Below are positions 1 through 12,020 of a stretch of DNA of 38,893 nucleotides, piece after piece. Numbering within the stretch: position 1 is the first letter of the stretch; each line of letters opens with the position of its first letter. A program made the translations under genes and the position numbers. The stretch comes from Octopus sinensis (lineage: Eukaryota): positions 1 through 38,893 of the forward strand of contig NW_021835517.1 of the NCBI RefSeq assembly GCF_006345805.1. Direction: 5' to 3'. The notes below the pieces were generated by a model. That model did no database searches and was not told where the DNA came from. It saw nothing but the letters and a program-made list of their open reading frames with translations.

Positions 1-505
1 ATTCAAATATCTTGTGCTGTACATTTGTAGTCTCTGTGTGTGTTTGAGATTGTTAGAAGCCAGCATTACATATATTGACATGTGAAATTTACATTCCATT
101 CTATTTCATTGCAGCAGATATAATTTTACAACTTGTGTAAAAGCCCTTGAATAAAAACGAATCAAACAAAACAGTAAATTTAGTTGTTAATTTCTACCTT
201 TCAAAATATTCCGATATAAAACAGTGATTGTAGTTGTGGAGTGGTGTCAAGTTCTTTACCTTCAGATTACAGGTTCTTTCTCCTTCCTCACACAGCAGCC
301 ACCAATTCATTGACAACCCACCCAACCACACATCATCTCTCTCTCTCTCTTTCATCTTTCTCCTGTCTACTGTATCATTATTATGATTCTGCTGCTCTTC
401 ACCCATCCAAGCATCATTGAACTCCTTAGCCACTCCTTCTCCATCATTCACTACATTTCCCCCCCACACCCGCACTCAACACTGGCTCTTACTTCACTAT
501 ATTTA

Positions 506-672
506 GGCCACAGACGAGGCTGCATGATAAGAAGTTTGCTTCTCAAACACATGGTTCCAGGTTCAGTACCACAGCATGGCACCTTGGGCAAGGGTAGCTA
601 TCTTCTAGTTACCCTTGCTGAGCACACACTTACAAATGTAATTAGTTGACAGAAACTGAAGGAAGCCCATTG
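506..672 (+). mobile_element. SINE family A (tRNA-derived), diverged 5' half
   Basis: Matches head of the well-preserved copy at 3995-4393 (CACATGGTTCCAGGTTCAGTACC..GGCACCTTGGGCAAG..GAAACTGAAGGAAGCCC). Confidence 0.7.
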
Positions 673-790
673 TATATATATATATATATATATATATTAT
701 GAATATATATATATATTTAATAAATTAATTACTCTGTATGTATTGAGTACCTTATTTACTGTGGTTAACCCCGACTCCAACCCGGGAACC

Positions 791-824
<34 letters not shown>

Positions 825-1934
825 TAGATAGGTAAAACTTTACTTGGAAGAGGATGCGGGCATTCACAATATTAATAATATGAATAAATATATATATGTA
901 TATGTACATACTTACATCTATACACCACACACACATGCTACCGAAAACGGTAATTATTTCTACGCCAGCTATGTTGTTGTTGTTTTTGTCTCATTTGGTC
1001 TAAAAGTCGTATGACAACCACCGTATCATTTATATTTGTTTATTCATTTCTGTTTTCAATTTTCGTTTTCGTCTCTTGTATTCACATCGTCTTGTGCGTT
1101 CACATTTCCTGTCTTCTACCAAGAAAATCTAATGCTTACAGCTTAGTGTTTTTTCTTGGGGTGGCCGAGTGGAGCAAATATCAGAAATTGACAAGCCGAA
1201 ATTTGCTATGATGATTCGGGTGTCGACTGAAGATTGAAGGCTTCGAATGATTTGTCTGTGTTCCGTGTTCGTCCCTTTCCTGTATTTCACGTTCATTTAT
1301 ATAAAAACTTCATTCTTTATATATATATATATATAATATATATATATATTATTATGTATATATATATAATATCTTATATATATATTTAGTGTTTAACTGT
1401 CCATGAGTATAGATATTGCTATCTGTCTATTAATTATATATACATACATAGATAGATACATATATACATACACACACACATACACACACACACACAACAC
1501 ACACACATATATACATCTATCTTTAGATGTTTAACTGTGCATATATTTACATATATAAATATAAGCATATTTACATATACAACTGTCTGTGTATTTACAT
1601 TTATGATATTCTCTTGAAGATTTCAGATGATTAATGAATCTTGGAGACAATCTGTCAAATGTACCTAAAATAATATAGAATAATATTCTGATATGATATA
1701 CAAATACTGTACACTATTAACTAACAATATTTCAATGTTTGTCTGCTTCTTCAAGTGTCTACAATCGAGATAAATATCGGTTAGTTAATTTAGAATGTGA
1801 GATCACATATACATGCACATACAAGCACACACACACATGTACACCCACATGTGCACACACACATGTACAAGCAAACACACATGCAGGCACAAACATGAAC
1901 ACATGTGCACACATTTGTGCTTATATATGTATAT

Positions 1935-2089
1935 ATGGCATGGATGTGTGGTAAGAAGCATTCTTCCCAATCACGTGGTTCGGGGTTCAGTTCCATGCAC
2001 ATGGCACTTTGAGCCAACCAAAGCTTATGATTGGATTTTATCGACAGAAACTGAAAGAAGCTCATTGTATATATATTATATATTATATA

Positions 2090-2139
<50 letters not shown>

Positions 2140-2426
2140 TATGATATATAGATATATATATATACATACATACATACACACATATGTATGTATATGTCTG
2201 TGTGTATATGTCTTTATGTCTGTGTTTGTCCTTCACCACTGCTTAACAACCCCTGCTGATGTGTTCATGACCCTGTAACATAGCGGTTCGGCAAAAGTGA
2301 CTGATAAAATAGGTACCATGCTTAAAAACAAATTGTAGTGGGGTTGATTTGATTGACTAAAAAGTTCTCCTAGGTGGTGCCCCAGCATGGCCGCAATCTA
2401 CTGAGTGAAACAAGTAAAAGATAAGA
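1935..2426 (+). mobile_element. SINE family A, near full length
   Basis: Head, central (TA)/(TG) tract, 3' half ending CAGCATGGCCGC..GAAACAAGTAAAAGA. Confidence 0.85.
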
Positions 2427-2445
2427 GATGTGTGTGTGTGTATTT

Positions 2446-3126
2446 AGGTGCAGGGTTGGCTGTATTGAAAGTAGCTTGCTTACCAACCACAGAATTCCAG
2501 GTTCAGTCCCACTGCGTGACACCTTGGGCAAATACCTTGTACTATAGCCTCAGGCTGACCAAAGCCTTGTGAGTGGATTTGGTAGACGGTGACTGAAAGA
2601 AGCCCGCTGTATATATATATATATATATATCTACACACACACGCAATAAGCAGCATTCATGCATGGATTGTTGCCAGTGCTGCCTGCCTGGCTCCTCATA
2701 CCAGTGATATGTAAAATGCATCATCTGAATGTGGTCGATGCCAGTGCTGTCTAACTAGCTCCTATGCTGGTGGTACATAAACAGCACCCATTACACTCTT
2801 GGATTGGTTGGCGGACTCTGGCTTGCCAGTCCCCAGTCAAACCATCCAACCCATGCCAGCATGGAAAATGGACGTTAGAAGAGGGTGATGATGATGATGT
2901 ATATGTTTGTGTGTGTGTGTTTGTCCCCCCACCATTGCTTGACAACTGATGTTGGTGTGTTTACGTCCCCATAACTTAGCAGTTCTGCAAAAGAGACTGA
3001 TAAAATAGGTACTAGGCTTACAAAAGAATATGTCCTGGGGGTCTATTTGCTTGTCTACAGACAGTGCTCCAGCATGGCCACAGTCAAATGACTGAAACAT
3101 ATAAAAGAACAAAAGAATAAAAGAAT
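2446..3126 (+). mobile_element. SINE family A, full length, with nested insertion
   Basis: Head at 2446-2590, 3' half at 2900-3126; a ~250-bp foreign element sits in the central microsatellite. Confidence 0.85.
2645..2897 (+). mobile_element. SINE family C 3' part (GAT-tailed), nested in SINE A
   Basis: Ends CCATCCAACCCATGCCAGCATGGAAAATGGACGTTAGA..(GAT)n; the same end recurs inverted at 3268-3318. Confidence 0.65.
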
Positions 3127-3267
3127 CTATATAAATCATGCTAAACACCCACTGTTGCTTGTACACACACATCCATATCCGATTAATATTAGAACTGAAC
3201 ATTATGTGGTGTGATTGTCATGTGTCACATGCATCTAATTGTACCTATAGCATATATATATGTATGT

Positions 3268-3318
3268 AATCATCATCGTCATCATCTAACGTTTGTTGTC
3301 CATGCTGGCATGGGTTGG
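3268..3318 (-). mobile_element. SINE family C, short 3' fragment
   Basis: CATCATCGTCATCATCTAACGTT..CCATGCTGGCATGGGTTGG is the reverse complement of the 2850-2897 end. Confidence 0.6.
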
Positions 3319-3645
3319 TTTTTTTGAGCTACCAATTAAATATCATAGAAACCAAAATGTCGTCTTAATAAATACGGCTTACAGGAATTAATTTGAAGGT
3401 TTAATGAAATTGAATTATCTCCCTTTAATGAGTTGTCTCCCTTTAATCTAATGGCCTATGAAGATTACAATAAGACAAAACAAATTAGATTTGAATTTAT
3501 CGAATGTATGGATTAATAAGATATATTGTCGTTCAAATTATTGATCGGCAAGACGATTATGCATTAAACAGTCCCCACTTTCCTCTTTCTTCTTTCCCAT
3601 ACACGTTTATTTCTGTGGACGCGAGCACTGTATACAATAAATGTT

Positions 3646-3719
3646 CAAAAGTATGGGGGAAAAAACATTAAAAAATCAAGTGCACTTGATTTTTTAATGT
3701 TTTTTCCCCCATACTTTTG
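3646..3719. repeat. Perfect 74-bp palindrome (37-bp arms, no spacer)
   Basis: CAAAAGTATGGGGGAAAAAACATTAAAAAATCAAGTG|CACTTGATTTTTTAATGTTTTTTCCCCCATACTTTTG, checked base by base. Confidence 0.95.
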
Positions 3720-3954
3720 TGATTTGGTTTAGGCAAACACTATCTGAGAGAGATCTTCTTTAAGTATTAGAAATAGCTGAAGAAATTTCTTTAGCTGCTA
3801 TTTCTAATGAGTTCAGTATGTGGCAAAGTAATTTATTTTACTAAGCCCTTATATATAATGTAATATTTTGAATTCGCCTATAATGGTCCCTTTACATACT
3901 GAACACTTGGTGAAATTGATTAATAATTAATTAATTTTACCCTCAATTGTTGAA

Positions 3955-3994
<40 letters not shown>

Positions 3995-3995
<1 letters not shown>

Positions 3996-4393
3996 CGCAG
4001 GAGTGGCTGTGTGGTAAGTAGCTTGCTAACCAACCACATGGTTCCGGGTTCAGTCCCACTGCATGGCATCTTGGGCAAGTGTCTTCTGCTATAGCCCCGG
4101 CCGACCAATGCCTTGTGAGTGGATTTGGTAGACGGAAACTGAAAGAAGCCTGTCGTATATATGTATATATATTGTATGTGTTGTGTGTGTGTTTGTCCCC
4201 CTAGCATTGCTTGACAACCGATGCCAGTGTGTTTACGTCCCCGTCACTTAGCGGTTCGCCAAAAGAGACCGATAGAATAAGTACTGGCCTTACAAAGATA
4301 ATGTCTCGGGTCGATTTGCTCGACTAAAGGCGGTGCTCCAGCATGGCCGCAGTCAAATGACTGAAACAAGTAAAAGAGTAAAGAGTAAAAGAG
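3995..4393 (+). mobile_element. SINE family A, full length, best-preserved copy
   Basis: A-box-like TGGCTGTGTGG, B-box-like GGTTCAGTCCC, central (TA)/(TG) tract, 3' half, (GTAAAAGA)-type tail. Confidence 0.9.
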
Positions 4394-4394
4394 A

Positions 4395-4482
<88 letters not shown>

Positions 4483-4486
<4 letters not shown>

Positions 4487-4686
4487 TTTAATCCAAACAA
4501 GAAAACAAAAAAACACAACAACGCGAAGACGTGGAACAAATATATTATTATTGGACGCTCAGGAAAGAAGGGAAGAAGGAGGGTTTAACGTTTCGAGCGG
4601 AGCTCTTCGTCAGAAACATAGAAGGAAAGGTCCAGAAGGGAAGACAGAGGAAAAAAATCGCCAACGGTACACACAAGGTCACACAA
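4483..4686 (-). mobile_element. Short hammerhead-bearing repeat (Penelope/retrozyme-like) within (TA)n
   Basis: Homologous to 33045-33230; carries a hammerhead core; (TA)n on both sides. Confidence 0.6.
4583..4617 (-). ncRNA. Minimal type I hammerhead ribozyme motif, intact core
   Basis: Reverse strand GTTT-CTGACGA-A-GAGC(TCC)GCTC-GAAAC-GTT-AAAC: helix I GTTT/AAAC, helix II GAGC/GCTC, palindromic ACGT helix III, GUU cleavage triplet. Confidence 0.65.
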
Positions 4687-4743
4687 TATATATATAATAT
4701 ATATTATATATATATATATATATTATATATATATATATATATT

Positions 4744-4916
<173 letters not shown>

Positions 4917-4938
4917 ATATAATATATATTATATATAT

Positions 4939-4981
<43 letters not shown>

Positions 4982-5044
4982 GTATATATATATATATGTA
5001 ATTATATATATATGTATATATATTATATGTATATATATATATAT

Positions 5045-5084
<40 letters not shown>

Positions 5085-5107
5085 TGTATATATATATATG
5101 TATTATA

Positions 5108-5160
<53 letters not shown>

Positions 5161-5231
5161 GTATATATATATATGTATATATATATGTATATATATATAT
5201 GTATATATATATAATGTATATATATATATGA

Positions 5232-5270
<39 letters not shown>

Positions 5271-5297
5271 GTATATATATATATTATATATATATAA

Positions 5298-5380
<83 letters not shown>

Positions 5381-5711
5381 CATACATACATATATATATA
5401 AGTTCAGTAAAATTTAGATTCAGTTGAATATGGTACTTAATAATATGGTACTATGAATATGGTACTTGAATATGGTATTATGAAACGATCGTACTGCATT
5501 ACCTCTGGATATCCTTGTTGCTTATCTTGATTGTTTACACGCATACACACATATATATATATGTACATACGTATGTATATAGATATCGAGAAAAACAACA
5601 CGTTTTAAATCTGGGCGAGAGAAATACAGTAACAGTACCGAATAGTAATGTTTGTATGCCAATATATAAAGATATATTTATGGGTGTGTGTTTTTTGTGT
5701 CTGTCCTATAT

Positions 5712-5885
5712 CACCGGTTGTGTGTTTATGTGTCCGTAACATAGCGGTTCAGCAAAAGCGAGGAGAGAATAAGAGCTAGGTTTTAACAAAGATAGAAGTA
5801 CCGGGGTAGATACATTCGACTAATAATTCTTCAAGGCAGTACTCCAGCATGACTGCAGTCTGATGACAGCAACAAAGAAAATTAT
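5712..5885 (+). mobile_element. SINE family A, diverged 3' half
   Basis: CCGTAACATAGCGGTTCAGCAAAAG..CTCCAGCATGACTGCAGTC. Confidence 0.7.
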
Positions 5886-6079
5886 AAAAGGCATATATAT
5901 ATATATATGTATATATATACACATATAAAATTATATACACAGAATATATATTACTGTTTGAGACTTCATATTTTTCTTTTTTAAGAAATATTTGGCGTCA
6001 AAGGTTGCATAACGATATTTGTAGTTAACATTCAAAAGATATTACTGACGAATAGATGCATAAAGTGACATATAGACAG

Positions 6080-6172
6080 ACACTTGCCCAAGGTGCCACG
6101 CATTGGGACTGAACCCGGAACCATGTGGTTCGTAAGCAAGCTACTTACCACACAGCCACTCCTGCGCCTGTA
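6080..6172 (-). mobile_element. SINE family A, 5' head fragment
   Basis: Reverse complement of head, near identical to 3995-4085. Confidence 0.85.
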
Positions 6173-6235
6173 TGTATATGAAGTTAACAAAATGCAATGA
6201 AACATGTTTCATAGAATGGTCGAATTTAATGCAGC

Positions 6236-6840
6236 AAAAAATTCCGGCTTGACGGCGCAGCTATCTACCTAAGGCTGTATATGGCTATGGTGCGGTCACA
6301 CTTGGAATTTGCATCACCAGTCTGGAACCCCTATCTTGTTCAGGACATTAACCCCTGGAAACTGTTCAGAGACGTGCAATTAAACGAATACTCGCCATCA
6401 GACATCTACCGTACTTTGAACACCTTGCTTCTCTGGAAGCACCGACGTCTGGCGAACGACTTGTTAAACACCCAGAAAATTATTAACCGTTGTGCCAACT
6501 ACAACATTGAGCACTTTTTTGAGCTCCATGTGTCTAACACATGAAGGCATGCCTACAGGGTCAGAAAACAGCACAGCTCCTATGATTTTCAGAAACATTT
6601 TTTCACACGCAGAGTTGCTGAAGCATGGAACAAACTACCTACATCAGTCGTTAGTTGCTGAGACATTGCATCCTTTAAAACCTCCATGGTTCTTGAAATT
6701 CGCCAACACTACACCTGATATCCCCCACCTCCATACGCATGCACACATGTATATCTTGACTCATGCACTGTTCATTTTCCTGACTTGCATTTTTGATGAG
6801 TTGTAGTGTATCTGAGCACAACACACAATTATTTCATTAT
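6236..6840 (+). mobile_element. 5'-truncated, frameshifted CR1/L2-type LINE 3' end (RT C-terminus plus tail)
   Basis: Pieces translate as YLRLYMAMVRSHLEFASPVWNPYLVQDI..ETVQRRAIKRI, HRRLANDLL..IEHFFEL, HFFTRRVAEAWNKLPTSVV..IASFK, typical of CR1/L2 RT C-termini. Confidence 0.8.
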
Positions 6841-7150
6841 ATATATGTAAGAAGTGCGTGAATTTTGGAATAATCTGTAATAGCCATTGAATTAACGCTA
6901 ACAGAAAGTTTCAAGGGAAGCAACTCCCTACTATCAAGGGAAGTAACTTTCAATTTCATTGTTTGCCAAATCCTATTCTTTTTTTCTTCAGAAAGGAAAT
7001 ACGCCACCGTTTCACGCACAAATTAAAACAGCCGAACTTCAATTTAAAATAAATGAATTTCATATTGAAACAAATATCACTTGTTCTGGTTATCTCTACA
7101 GATATTCTCAAATTAAAACAAAGGAGCGAAGATTTAAAGTATATCAATTT

Positions 7151-7524
7151 ACAGGTCTGACTGTGTCGTTATGAAGCTTGCTTCGCAACCACATGGTTCA
7201 AGGTTCAGTATTATTGCATCGTACCTTAGGCAAGTGTCTTTTAGTATTGCCCCAGATTGATCAAAACCTTGTGAGTGGATTTGGTAGAGGGAAACTGAAA
7301 GAAACCTATCTGTGTGTGTGTGTGTGTGTGTGTGACTTTGTGTATGTGTTTGTCCTCTACCATCGCTCGACTACTGAACTTTGTCGTTCGGTTAAAGAGA
7401 CAGATTGAATAAGTACCAAGTTTTGAAAAAAATAAATACTGGGGTGGATTTGCTCGAGTAAACCCTTCGAGGGTGCACCCCAGCCTGGCCACAGTACAAT
7501 AACTGAAACAGGTGAAAGATAAAA
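7151..7524 (+). mobile_element. SINE family A, diverged full length
   Basis: Head, (TG)n centre, 3' half ending CAGCCTGGCCACAGTAC..ACTGAAACAGGTGAAAGA. Confidence 0.8.
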
Positions 7525-8619
7525 CACGAAATTTTATTTAAAACAGATTAATGTCACTTTAAAATAGACCAACCTTTATTAAAAACAAGCAAAAGCTAAC
7601 AAAGTACACAATTTTGAATGATTTAAGAAGAAAATTTATTGGTAATTATATAAAAAGGTATGAATTTTGGGAGTTAAATTACTGATTTCGGTTATCCAGT
7701 ATGCTGATCCGTATTAAAGTCGGTAATTTTCAATTTGAAGTGTTGGCTGCTGTTTCTAGCATTTCGAACACCATTATTTCGTTGGTTGTACCAAGCGATT
7801 CGCTCCCGCGTCTATTAGCCGGTCTGAGCGAGGACTGAGCTGATCTCCACCGACGGAAGATTCCTATCACCCATAGCCATTTTGAAGTAATTTCAGCTGT
7901 CGATCCTAGTTCCTTGATGGCTTTCTTCTGTTGTCTGGGTTTCAGACATACCTTCTGCAGGAAATAGCACTCTGATCTGGGTGGAAAGATGCACTAGCCG
8001 AATTCAAGAGGGAATGACAATAATATAATGTGCTTTGATTTTCTATTGGAGAAGATCATTGAAAATCGTAAGGTTTTCTTTGATAAGGCTGAAGCTAGTA
8101 TCTGATGTGTAACAGAATTAATCCATTACATAACCAAGTTCCCTCACATACAAACAACTATAAACTGCCAAAAGCTGTTTACAGCAAGAAATGAGGACAA
8201 ATATTTCCATGAACTTCCCATAGGAAAATTATTAACTGCGTTCACCTTGAACAAGGGATCTCTGACAACACCGCTCGTTTATTTCATGTTTTTTCTTAGC
8301 CCCAAAATATTTAGTAATTCATTATTTGGACTATTTTATCTTTCCTTTCTTTTTATATTTTTTGATTTGGTTCTTTATATAAAGCGGTATAATATACATG
8401 CACGCGCGGGCACACACACATACATATGAATAAACAAGGAGAATGGGGCACGCAATTCATTTTATTGCATCATTCTACAATTGTTTCATCGACATTTTAC
8501 CAGAAAATTATTAAGATATAATATACGAAATATTACACCGTATCGGTAATATTTTACCAATACCGGAAAATGTCGACTCACTAGAATTATGTATGAAATC
8601 AATTTGCTCTATCTATCCA

Positions 8620-8724
8620 TCTCTCTCTATCTTCCATTCTTCCCGAGCGTTAAACCTAATACATCTGTTTGTTGTTCCTACACCGGTCTTTGTCTTTTCT
8701 GTTCTGTAAATTTGAGCTATATAT
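8620..8724 (+). mobile_element. 3' tail fragment of the hammerhead-bearing repeat seen at 25085-25240
   Basis: CCCGAGCGTTAAACCTAATACATCTGTTTGTTG matches CCTGAGCGTTATACTAATACATCTGTTTGTTTTG. Confidence 0.55.
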
Positions 8725-8725
8725 A

Positions 8726-9132
8726 GTCGTGGCTGTGTAGTAAGTAGCTTGCTTAACAATCACAAGGTTCCGGATTCAGACCAATGCGTGGTACCTTGGG
8801 AGAATGTCTTCTACTATAGTCTTGAGCCGACCAAAGCCCTATAGTGGAATTGGTAGACGGAAACTAAAAGAAGCTCATCGTGTATATATATGTATATATA
8901 TATATATGCATACATGTATATATTCGTGTGTCTGTGTTTGTCCCCTCACCATCGCTTAACAACCAATGCTGATATGTTTATGTCTCCGCAACTTAGCAGT
9001 TCAGCAAAAGAGACCGATAGAATAAGTACTAGGCTTACAAAGAATAAGTCCTGGGGCCAATTTGTTCGGCTAAGGTGGTGCTCCAGCATGGCTGCAGGTA
9101 AATGACTGAAGCAAATAAAAGAATAAAAGAAT
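8726..9132 (+). mobile_element. SINE family A, full length
   Basis: Colinear with 3995-4393. Confidence 0.85.
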
Positions 9133-9152
9133 ATATACATATGCATATATAT

Positions 9153-9203
<51 letters not shown>

Positions 9204-9669
9204 TATATATATGTATGTATGTATGTATGTTGTATGTATGTATGTATGTATGTATAGTTTATATATCTATATTATGTGTGTGTGTGTTTATGTATATATA
9301 TCAAAAGATGTGTTATAATATTATTCCTCATATACAAAAACAGCCCTACCAACACTCCAACATATCTCCATCATCAGCTGCCTCACGCATATCTTTATGG
9401 TTTCGACACCTGGGCAGTACCATTCAATCCGGCGGTGTCAACAGCACTAAAATAAGTGTTGTTTGGGAATAAACATACCAAAGAAACGATAACCTTCAAA
9501 CACATTTACCCTATGTACAACCGTATCGGCATATAGACTCAATAAGTAAATTAAAACCAACTCCTAAATACGTAACTAAACAGTGACCAATCCATTAAGT
9601 CATACAAAAATTATAATCCCTACCGTCTTCCATAGCTTAATGACCACATTTATTCAATGAATCAATCTA

Positions 9670-10047
9670 TAGGCGAGTGGTTGTGTGGTAAGTAGCTTGC
9701 TTACCAACCACATGATTCCGGGTTCAGTCCCACTGCGTGGCACCTTGGGCAAGTGTCTTCTACTATGGCCTCGGGCTGCCCAAAGCCTTCTGAGTGGATT
9801 TGGCAGACGGAAAATGAAAGAAGCCCGTCGTATGTGAGTGTATGTGTGTGTTTGTATGTCTGTATTTGTTTTCCCAACATCGCTTGACAACCGATGGTGG
9901 TGCGCTTACATCCCCGTAAATCAGCGGTTCGGCAAAAGAGACCGATTGAATAAGTACTAGGCTTACAAAGAATAAGTCATAGGGTCGATTTGCTCAATCG
10001 ACTAAATGACTGAAACAAGTAAAAAAGTAAAATAGTAAAAAAGAGTA
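9670..10047 (+). mobile_element. SINE family A, full length
   Basis: Colinear with 3995-4393, small deletion near 3' end. Confidence 0.9.
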
Positions 10048-10579
10048 ATTTTATGCAAAATTTTATACAAATTATTGACATAACTTTCCACGTTGGATCT
10101 CGGTGGACATTTAACTTTTCCAGAAAAATTTTTGGAAAAAGTTACAGAAGTTTAAAGTTTGATAATTTTTATCCAATCAGAGAACAGGATTTGGCAGATG
10201 CCATGTTGTGCGTGACTGCACGCGTTGTCAACTGTAAATAAATGAAATATTGTCGGCATTCTTCTTTTTGCACGCCATATAACCCCTCATTACTTTTTTA
10301 TTGTTTGGAATTTTCAGAAAAATTTTGTGAAATTGTATTCTACACACGGGAATTCATACGATTATGCAAAAAAAAAAAAAAAATTGATGCCTGATTTAAG
10401 GCCCATTTATCTATATTTTTTAGTATATCTCACGACCACCATTTGATAAGCTGAAAATGACTACGTGGGTAAGCAGCTTGGTAACAGCTTGGCGTGTTAC
10501 TATGGAAACAGACATGAATCTGTGTGTAGCTTACGATTGGCTAAAATTGCACAACAACAACAACAACAACAATAATAAT

Positions 10580-11128
10580 AAATGCCCTGATGCAGTACCA
10601 GGCAGTGGCTCTGTGGCTTCTGATTAGAAGTGTTATCATGTATATTGTGTTGTCTTGGTATAAAAGATGGGCTACAGCAAATATTCTGCTCAATATCACA
10701 GATTTACTTGTCAGTTGTTTGACCTTAACCACTTGACCATGTCCCTTAGTGGCTGACGATATATGCATTTCTGATCACGAGCAGAAGTAGTAGGGGAGCA
10801 TCATAGCCATGTGTTGAGAGGTATTCTTTGGGGTTTGAATAATTCACCCCTGGAAACATGGTAGGTTCGTTCAACATCTTTAAACAACCCTTATTCAGGG
10901 ACCTTTTGAACGGGATGGACTACTCGACCAGAATAAAATTCTAACTGGGCCCCACCTGCAAGGTCACGTACTGTTTATATTGATATGAGATCACCATGTC
11001 GCGTACATATGGTTGTGATGCATGTGCCTAGTATACCCTTATCAGACGGGTAGTCATGATGGGTATACTGGGCTTTGTATATTTTACCCCAGTGTCACTT
11101 TGATGGCATGCCCACTCAATAATAATAA
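10580..11128. mobile_element. Unclassified ~550-bp element between (CAA)/(TAA) and (AAT)n tracts
   Basis: Complex sequence, GC-richer than background, bounded by AAT-type repeats; no ORF recognised. Confidence 0.4.
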
Positions 11129-11429
11129 TAACATCGAAAAATACCTCAGGAATAAGAACCCAGGTTCGAAATTTCCCAAGACACCTGAAGAACAGCAAAC
11201 AAGATGAGAACAAATATCCGTCGAATGTAAATAATGTACATAATTCCTCATCACTTAAATATAGAACTCTATTAACTCTTTATTTATTAATTTATGGCGA
11301 AAATGAATTTCATGTCAATGATTAGCATACAAAGCTACATAATTACACCAAATATGAAATCCATTGGAACCGAAATTGAAGAAATTGATAAATGGCAGCC
11401 AAACAGAAAAGATCCACTTATTGTATAGG

Positions 11430-11667
11430 GTCTTTTGCTGAAGGGGACATTACACACCAACACCGGCTGTTAAGTGGCGGTGGGGAAAATTACACACACT
11501 CACATATACACACACACATACGATGTGCTTCTTTCAGTTGCCGTCTACCAAATCTACTCACAAGACTTTGGTCGGCCCGAGGCTATAGTAGAAGACACTT
11601 GGGACTGAACCCGGAATCATGTAGTTGGGAAGCAAGCTTCTTACCGAATGGCCACACCTGTGCCTAT
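11430..11667 (-). mobile_element. SINE family A, internally deleted
   Basis: Reverse complement of head and part of 3' half. Confidence 0.8.
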
Positions 11668-11986
11668 AAAAATATTCTGCTTTTGAAAAACCATTCTGTG
11701 GGAAGTATTCAAATCATTTTTCATTGGTGACAGTTGTTTGATGTAAAACAATTTTTTTCTTTATATAGCCTCATTATTATTGCTCAGCCCCACTATATTC
11801 CCCTAGCCCCTCACAGCCTTTATTACTGTTAACTCCGTATGAATCTGTAAATACATACATACACACATACATAATACATACATACACACATCACAATGTG
11901 TGTGTGTGTGTGTGTTTGTGTGTATATATATGTAAATATACATATACACATATCTATATAAATATGTATAAATACACACACACACA

Positions 11987-12020
<34 letters not shown>

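Noticed and set aside
1205-1260. CTGAAGA..GAAG/CTTC..GAAT hammerhead-like trace
   Set aside because: GAAA and helix III/NUH not recoverable; too degenerate.
10150-10545. CCAAT boxes and an RFX X-box-like GTTACTATGGAAAC (10496-10509)
   Set aside because: Short motifs within what looks like an old unclassified repeat; nothing supports a promoter.
11135-11270. CTGAAGA at 11185 in a repeat-like segment
   Set aside because: No helix II or GAAA follows; at most a deleted remnant, not callable as a hammerhead.
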